Under the pieces are notes generated by a model, which did not search any database, was not told the origin of the DNA, and was given only the letters and a program-made list of their open reading frames with translations. From Myxococcota bacterium (GTDB taxonomy: Bacteria; Myxococcota_A; UBA796; GCA-2862545): 21,276 bases of DNA. This document shows, one piece after another, positions 16,257 through 21,276 of this stretch; within the stretch, counting starts at the first letter, position 1; each line of letters opens with the position of its first letter. The stretch is from assembly GCA_039208735.1 (NCBI GenBank), contig JBCCQY010000167.1, positions 1-21,276 of the forward strand, read 5' to 3'. The translations under genes were made by a program, and so were the position numbers.

Positions 16257-16673
16257 TTATCGCTTGCTCGCCCCCTCGGGCAGCAGGACATCTTCGGTCC
16301 ATCGCCGTTCGACGTGCTGCAGGATCGCGCGACGCGTCACGATGCCCATCAGCACCCCTCGACTGTCGATCACCGGCACGAAGTTCTGGTCCGCAGCGAC
16401 CGCAAGCACCGCCCGCACATCGGTGTCGATGCTGACCGCCACGTGTTCGCGTCGCCGTTGAAGGTTTGCGAGCGTGCCCTGTTGACCCACCTCGACCAAG
16501 TGAAACAGCAGATCCGCAGCGGTGACGGTGCCGGAGTACCGCCCCTCCGAGTCGAGGATCGGCACGGCGGTGTAGCGCCAGGCTCGAAGACTATCGATCG
16601 CTTCGCGGACGGTGGCGGCCACTGGCAACCACACCACGTCGGCGACCGGCGTGAGGAGAAACGCGAGATTCAC
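16257..16673 (-). CDS. Stand-alone CBS-pair protein (YkuL/DarB/CbpB-like)
   Basis: Start GTG at 16673 (MNLAFLLTP). Motifs YTAVPILDSEGRYSGTVTAADLL and QNFVPVIDSRGVLMGIVTRRAIL. Confidence 0.85.
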   Translation of the reverse strand: MNLAFLLTPVADVVWLPVAATVREAIDSLRAWRYTAVPILDSEGRYSGTVTAADLLFHLVEVGQQGTLANLQRRREHVAVSIDTDVRAVLAVAADQNFVPVIDSRGVLMGIVTRRAILQHVERRWTEDVLLPEGASKR

Positions 16674-16741
16674 GAGAGGTCCGTCCGTCTGAACTCTCGT
16701 ATCCGGGGCGCCATGGGACGGCGATGGAACGGTAGGCCAGG

Positions 16742-17224
16742 TCAGCCTTCGACGAGGCCTCCGGCCCGACCCAACCGCAGAATGTGCGCGTAATGGTCGG
16801 CCTCGACGGGCATCACGGAGAGCCGCTGGCCCTTCTGGATCACAAGCAGTCCTTCGAGCGCAGGGTCGGCCTTCAACGCGGCGAGTGGCACCATCGCTTG
16901 CCACTGCTCGACAAAGGCGATGTCGACCATCATCCAACGCGGCGCCTTCGGATCGGATTTGGCGTCGTAGTAGGGATGAGCGGGGTCAAGAGCCGAGGAG
17001 TCTGGGTAGGCCTCGCGCACGACCTCGCCGATCCCGGCGACCCCCGGCGGCTTGGCGCTCGAGTGGTAGAACAACACGCGGTCGCCCTTCTTCACTTCGT
17101 CCCGCAGAAAGTTGCGCGCTTGGTAGTTCCGGACGCCTTCCCACGTGGTGACCCCGTCGCGACGTAGATCATCGATCCCGTAGGTGGTGGGTTCGGACTT
17201 CATCAACCAGAAACGACCGCTCAT
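16742..17224 (-). CDS. EVE domain protein (Thy28/THYN1-like)
   Basis: FWLMKSEP, WEGVRNYQARNFLRD, FYHSS, YYDAKS and QRLSVMPV. ATG at 17224 overlaps the upstream stop (ATGA). Confidence 0.95.
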   Translation of the reverse strand: MSGRFWLMKSEPTTYGIDDLRRDGVTTWEGVRNYQARNFLRDEVKKGDRVLFYHSSAKPPGVAGIGEVVREAYPDSSALDPAHPYYDAKSDPKAPRWMMVDIAFVEQWQAMVPLAALKADPALEGLLVIQKGQRLSVMPVEADHYAHILRLGRAGGLVEG

Positions 17225-18402
17225 GGTGACACCGTCACGGTCAGGCCCGTCACGAGGGCTCGGGTGCGAAACACGGCGTCCACCTCGGGTGCGGTCGACG
17301 TTCGGGCCAACACGCGAAGCCACTCCAAAAACCCGTCGATGCGCACCGCCGGTCGCGGGGCGAAGCCTGCCCCGAGGGTAGCGGCCAGTCGCAGACCATC
17401 GGGCGACGAGGGACTCAGGGTCGACTTGGGGGGCGGCGCATCGGGAAGTCCATCGAGGTACCCCCCAACGCGCAAGGTCCACGCCGCCACGGTCGCTTCG
17501 AGGCCACCGCGAAGGGCCAAGGTGTCACGCCATCGGTTGACTTGCGTCGTGTCCGGCGTCTTTGGGTCTTCAAAGTCAAACGTCAGCACGCGGTTCACCG
17601 ACCAAGTTGTAACCTCGACGTCCGTGACGATGCGGAACCCAACTTCGCCCTGCGTCCACCCCACTTGACCCCCCACCGCAAGCCGATCCGGCAGACGCCA
17701 TGCTGCGGTCGCCCGCTGATCGGGAAGGCGGAGTGCGACCGAGGGAGGCACGTCGAAATCTGCCCATCCCGAAAGCGCAAGCGCGGTGCGGCTCTTGTAC
17801 GTGACACCGATCGCAACCGCCTCCGAGACCGACACCCACGTGGCCACGTCGAACCCCAACCCGGCGCCGGCGAGCTGAATGCGGGCCCACCCCAGCTCGG
17901 TCACATGGTCGGTTCGCCGTGACACAAGCAACCGGCCTACGTCGATGTGCGGTCCGATGGCCATGCGAAACCGGCCCATCCGACGGCCCACAAAGGGGGC
18001 AATGCGCACGAACGTAGGCGCCGAGGCAACCGCCTGGGTGGCGAGCGGCCAATCGTCCGGCCACCGAAGGCCTCCCGCGAACGGGGTGTGCACGGCGAGC
18101 CCCACGACGTTCCGCTTCCACGAGACACTTCCGTAGAGGTGGGGAGGCAGTCCAAGCGGCGAGGAACTCGTGACCCCCCAGGCCCCTGCCGATTGTCGAG
18201 CCTCCGAGCGCGACGCGGCCAGCGCCAGTCCCAGCGCGCCTCGAAACCCCTCCCCATCGGCCAGAGCGGCGGGATTGAGCCATGCGAGCGCGGCATCTTC
18301 GGTACGGGCCAAGCCCGCGTGACCGGTTCCTCCCGCAAGCGCCCCCTGTTGGGCTACGGCAAATCCCCCGGCCACCGCGGTTGCGGTCATCCAGCCGATC
18401 AC
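17221..18402 (-). CDS. fadL: FadL/OmpP1/TodX family outer-membrane hydrophobic-compound transporter
   Basis: Mature N-terminus GGFAVAQQG, hatch motif WLNPAAL, TPFAGGLRWP, LPDRLAVG, WRDT and PSSPDG. GTGA overlap with the lipase stop. Confidence 0.88.
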   Translation of the reverse strand: MIGWMTATAVAGGFAVAQQGALAGGTGHAGLARTEDAALAWLNPAALADGEGFRGALGLALAASRSEARQSAGAWGVTSSSPLGLPPHLYGSVSWKRNVVGLAVHTPFAGGLRWPDDWPLATQAVASAPTFVRIAPFVGRRMGRFRMAIGPHIDVGRLLVSRRTDHVTELGWARIQLAGAGLGFDVATWVSVSEAVAIGVTYKSRTALALSGWADFDVPPSVALRLPDQRATAAWRLPDRLAVGGQVGWTQGEVGFRIVTDVEVTTWSVNRVLTFDFEDPKTPDTTQVNRWRDTLALRGGLEATVAAWTLRVGGYLDGLPDAPPPKSTLSPSSPDGLRLAATLGAGFAPRPAVRIDGFLEWLRVLARTSTAPEVDAVFRTRALVTGLTVTVSP

Positions 18403-20948
18403 GGTTCCACCAAGAAATCCGCTGCCTCAGCGAGCATCGCATCGCCCACCACCGGGATGGCCAGGTCGCCGTGCAACACGGAGGGGTACTCCGACATGGG
18501 CAACCCGGTGGCCCGTTGCAGAACGTCAGACGTGGCATTCGGAATCACAAAGTCCCCGACTCCATCATCGATGCGGTCGATCTGAATGAGGCCTGCGACG
18601 GGCAGGTCGGCGTAGTTCGGGGCCACAACGAGAGGATCCACGGTATCAATCAGCCAATGAGCGACGTGGATGAGCTGTTCGTGCTCCCACGTGCCCGGGG
18701 CCACGTCAATGCGGTTGAGGTACGCCTCGAGTTGGGGGGCAAAGAACGTGCTCTGTTCGAAGACATCGACGAGGCCCCCACCCGTCACATTGAACACGGC
18801 ACGCGAGACCGTCGGGTCCGATGCGACGTACACCACGCCGAGGATGCCCCCAAGCGATTGACCGAGGTAGCGAAACCGATCGGTCTCGATACGCTGGCCC
18901 AACGCGGCTTCCCAGTCCGCGCGCTGCAACGACCGCCGCAAGGCACCGAGGTCGACCAACGCCTGTCGAAAGTGGTCGGGAATATGGGGTAAATCATCGG
19001 TATCGAGGAATGCAGCGCCCGACGCGGGCTGAAGATCGACCAACGGCAACGCACTAAAGGGCTCGGGCCTACCCTTTGGATCCAGGCAACGACCATCCGA
19101 AGCACAGGTGCCATCGGCTCCTGAAGGACAGGGCGGCCATTGAATGAGGTCGTCGTTGAGGCCAGTCACATCGCGCAGCACATCGGGGAACGGATTGGGC
19201 ACGGCCACGAGACTGCGATCGACGCACACCGTGCGCAGCCCGTGAAACGGCAAATCGATCGCCACGGCCGCGAACCCCCGCCGGGCCAGCGGGCCGGCCA
19301 CAGTCAGCAACCAACGCCGATCCGTGGTCACCCCGTGGCCGAACATCACGACGGGCACGGACTCGTTAGGCGACACCCCCTCGGGCACCGTAGCCATGAA
19401 GGGCAGCGACTCCATCACAGGCTCATCGCGCCACCGACGTGTCACCGGGTCGAGGTGGTACGGCGTGAGGAGGGTGCCTTCGATCACCTCTGCGATCCCG
19501 TCGGTGCGAGGTGCATACAGCGGAATGGCCGGGTTGACAAGGCCGGGGAACAAGTCGGTGAGGGCGTCGTCTTCGAGGAGCGACGACGCAGGACGCCGAC
19601 GGGTCACCGTGGGGGTAGGATCGACGCGTAGGGCCTCTGTGAGGTCTACCGTCTCGGCGAGCCAATCCGTTTGATCGAGGGTGGTTACTGTCCAGCCAGT
19701 CACGATATCGTCTCGGCCGATGTGTTCGACCAACGGGGCCAAGGCCCGGCGTGTGGGTTCGAGCCGCTGGGCATCCGCGTCGGCCACGCTCGCCACCTGG
19801 GACCTTCCGGCTTCATCGACGAGCGGGTAGGGATTGGTCAGCAACATCCCCGTGGGCATGGGCGCAAGGGGTTGCCCATCCCGCGTGGTGATGCCCCGTC
19901 GCACCACGACTCCGTAGGTGGAGCCGGATCGAAGGGGCTGCGGACCCGGATCGATCACGACATGCCGACATCCCACCTGAAGCGGACTGCAGGGCCCGTC
20001 CTCGCGCCAGGCCGAAACGGTGACCGGAACCGGGGTGGGCGGGTTGGACAACTCCCACAATTGCACAGCACTGGGGGTGATTTGAGCCGGATCGAGATCG
20101 GCCCGCACATCGAACAGCAGGCGGCCCGTGATCGAAAAACCGCGAAGCGTGTTGACCACCGCCTTCGCGTCTCGCCGTAGGACGTCATCCTCGGGATCTG
20201 GCGGCAGGTCGACAAGCTGCGAGACCGGGTCGATCAAGAGGTCCGCCGGGAGGGGGACTTGCCCACTGTCCGCGTCCATGGCCACTTCGCCGCGGGCCGT
20301 CACATGAAAAGGCCAGAGGGCGGCCACCTCTGCTCGAGGAATGCCGCGTGCCGCGACCCACTCGAAGTGGGACGCCCAGTCCACCCGAATCGCCTCCAAC
20401 TCTTGGGCCTGTTGCTTCCGTTCCTCGAACGTCCCCACGAACGCATCGGGGTGGTCGGTCAAGGGGGTTTCCGCTGCGAGATAGCCCATGGCCACATCCG
20501 GCCCCGCGGGCCCCGCCTCGGTCAGCAGCCCATCGGGGCCGCCCTGCACCACCACGAGAAGTTCGCCGCCGCGCGGCCAACCGGCGTCAGGGGCGGGAAC
20601 GGTCACCGACGTGCCGTCCACACGAGGTTCCACGGCAATTCGTCGTTCGGCCCGGAGGTCGAAGATCTGAACCGCTTGCCGAACGGTTTCGGAACGGACG
20701 GGGTGACTGGTCTCAAAGATCACCGCTGAAGCCGTCGACCACCCATCAAGCTGGTTCAGCTGAGACCAAACATCAGCCTCGGCTTCGGTCGTGGCCTCAT
20801 CGACGGGGAACGCAAGCCGGCCGTCCCACAACAGGTCGGTCGGCAACGGCACGTCGCCCGCTCCCGGGTCGAACACCACGGTCGGGTAGACCGGGACCGG
20901 GTCGGGCGCGAAGGGGGCGATGCAGCTCCCCGCGAGCCAAATCAGCAT
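18399..20948 (-). CDS. Extracellular lipase-like alpha/beta hydrolase (Pla-1/Cef-like), probable lipoprotein, with duplicated N-terminal domain
   Basis: PVVMFGHGV, AVAIDLPFHG, nucleophile YLGQSLGG (18846-18863), GDFVIPN and VLHG. N-terminal VPLPTDLL...LNQLDGWST occurs twice in variant form. Start ATG at 20948 (MLIWLAGSC). Confidence 0.85.
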   Translation of the reverse strand: MLIWLAGSCIAPFAPDPVPVYPTVVFDPGAGDVPLPTDLLWDGRLAFPVDEATTEAEADVWSQLNQLDGWSTASAVIFETSHPVRSETVRQAVQIFDLRAERRIAVEPRVDGTSVTVPAPDAGWPRGGELLVVVQGGPDGLLTEAGPAGPDVAMGYLAAETPLTDHPDAFVGTFEERKQQAQELEAIRVDWASHFEWVAARGIPRAEVAALWPFHVTARGEVAMDADSGQVPLPADLLIDPVSQLVDLPPDPEDDVLRRDAKAVVNTLRGFSITGRLLFDVRADLDPAQITPSAVQLWELSNPPTPVPVTVSAWREDGPCSPLQVGCRHVVIDPGPQPLRSGSTYGVVVRRGITTRDGQPLAPMPTGMLLTNPYPLVDEAGRSQVASVADADAQRLEPTRRALAPLVEHIGRDDIVTGWTVTTLDQTDWLAETVDLTEALRVDPTPTVTRRRPASSLLEDDALTDLFPGLVNPAIPLYAPRTDGIAEVIEGTLLTPYHLDPVTRRWRDEPVMESLPFMATVPEGVSPNESVPVVMFGHGVTTDRRWLLTVAGPLARRGFAAVAIDLPFHGLRTVCVDRSLVAVPNPFPDVLRDVTGLNDDLIQWPPCPSGADGTCASDGRCLDPKGRPEPFSALPLVDLQPASGAAFLDTDDLPHIPDHFRQALVDLGALRRSLQRADWEAALGQRIETDRFRYLGQSLGGILGVVYVASDPTVSRAVFNVTGGGLVDVFEQSTFFAPQLEAYLNRIDVAPGTWEHEQLIHVAHWLIDTVDPLVVAPNYADLPVAGLIQIDRIDDGVGDFVIPNATSDVLQRATGLPMSEYPSVLHGDLAIPVVGDAMLAEAADFLVEP

Positions 20949-20952
20949 GCGT

Positions 20953-21276
20953 TCAGGACGCGTACTGCGCTTCGTGCGCATCCCGTTCGAAGCGAATGTG
21001 CACCGAACCCACGACGATCTGGTCTCCGGGATGCAGCGGATGCGGCATCTCTGGGGCCACGAAGTCCCCATTGACCAAGGTACCGTTAGCCGACCCGAGG
21101 TCCTCGATGTACCAAGCGCCCTGCCGCTCGAAGAGTCGACAATGCTGACGTGACGCGCGGGAGTCCTTCACGCGTACCGTGCAAGCGCGACCGCGACCGA
21201 TGGTCACATCCGTTTCGAGTCGCATGGCCTGTTCGTCGGCGGTTCCTGCATGAAGCACGATGAACGGAGGCGGCGG
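20953..21276 (-). CDS. FHA domain protein, C-terminal part (5' truncated by window)
   Basis: TIGR, ASRQHC, EDLGSANGTLVNG and LHPGDQIVVG. The frame is open to the window end (PPPPFIVLHAG...). Confidence 0.92.
   Translation of the reverse strand, partial: PPPPFIVLHAGTADEQAMRLETDVTIGRGRACTVRVKDSRASRQHCRLFERQGAWYIEDLGSANGTLVNGDFVAPEMPHPLHPGDQIVVGSVHIRFERDAHEAQYAS

Noticed and set aside
8975..17224. Methyltransferase plus EVE as a restriction or defence system
   Set aside because: The methyltransferase looks like a small-molecule class I enzyme without DNA MTase motifs, it is 7 kb away on the other strand, and no nuclease is present.
16674..17482. Extended starts for CBS (16937) and EVE (17482)
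   Set aside because: The extensions are Arg/Pro-rich shadow sequence overlapping upstream genes. Domain similarity starts at 16673 and 17224.
1..21276. CRISPR arrays, tRNA/rRNA, IS or prophage elements, DNA tandem repeats
   Set aside because: No regularly spaced direct repeats, transposase/integrase motifs or RNA-gene signatures were seen. Intergenic gaps are all under about 125 bp.

Overview
GC-rich, gene-dense bacterial DNA, most likely from a Myxococcota-type organism. That assignment is inferred from a MYXO-CTERM-like sorting tail, a Ser/Thr kinase with a PEGA-like end, an FHA protein and Roadblock/MglB-like proteins. I read about 19 real CDSs and found no rRNA, tRNA, CRISPR array or mobile element. 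The left part carries a sulfatase 3' end, a TetR regulator divergent from an ATP10-like plus outer-membrane protein pair, two tandem Roadblock/LC7-like genes and a PPOX-class flavoprotein. A + strand run follows: acyl-CoA dehydrogenase (behind a perfect palindromic operator), a 924-aa PDZ-like/Cys-rich Sel1-repeat/beta-barrel protein, a SAM methyltransferase and an S8 protease. The right part is a ~9 kb minus-strand cluster: FHA protein, lipase with a duplicated N-domain, FadL, EVE, CBS protein, Ser/Thr kinase, TPR/PEGA-like protein and histidine kinase. The most unusual window-wide signal is that nearly every exported protein has an ultrashort (8-12 aa) signal peptide with no Lys/Arg, and two of them cannot be extended because of in-frame stops just upstream. 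All calls come from motif recognition by eye; no database search was run.
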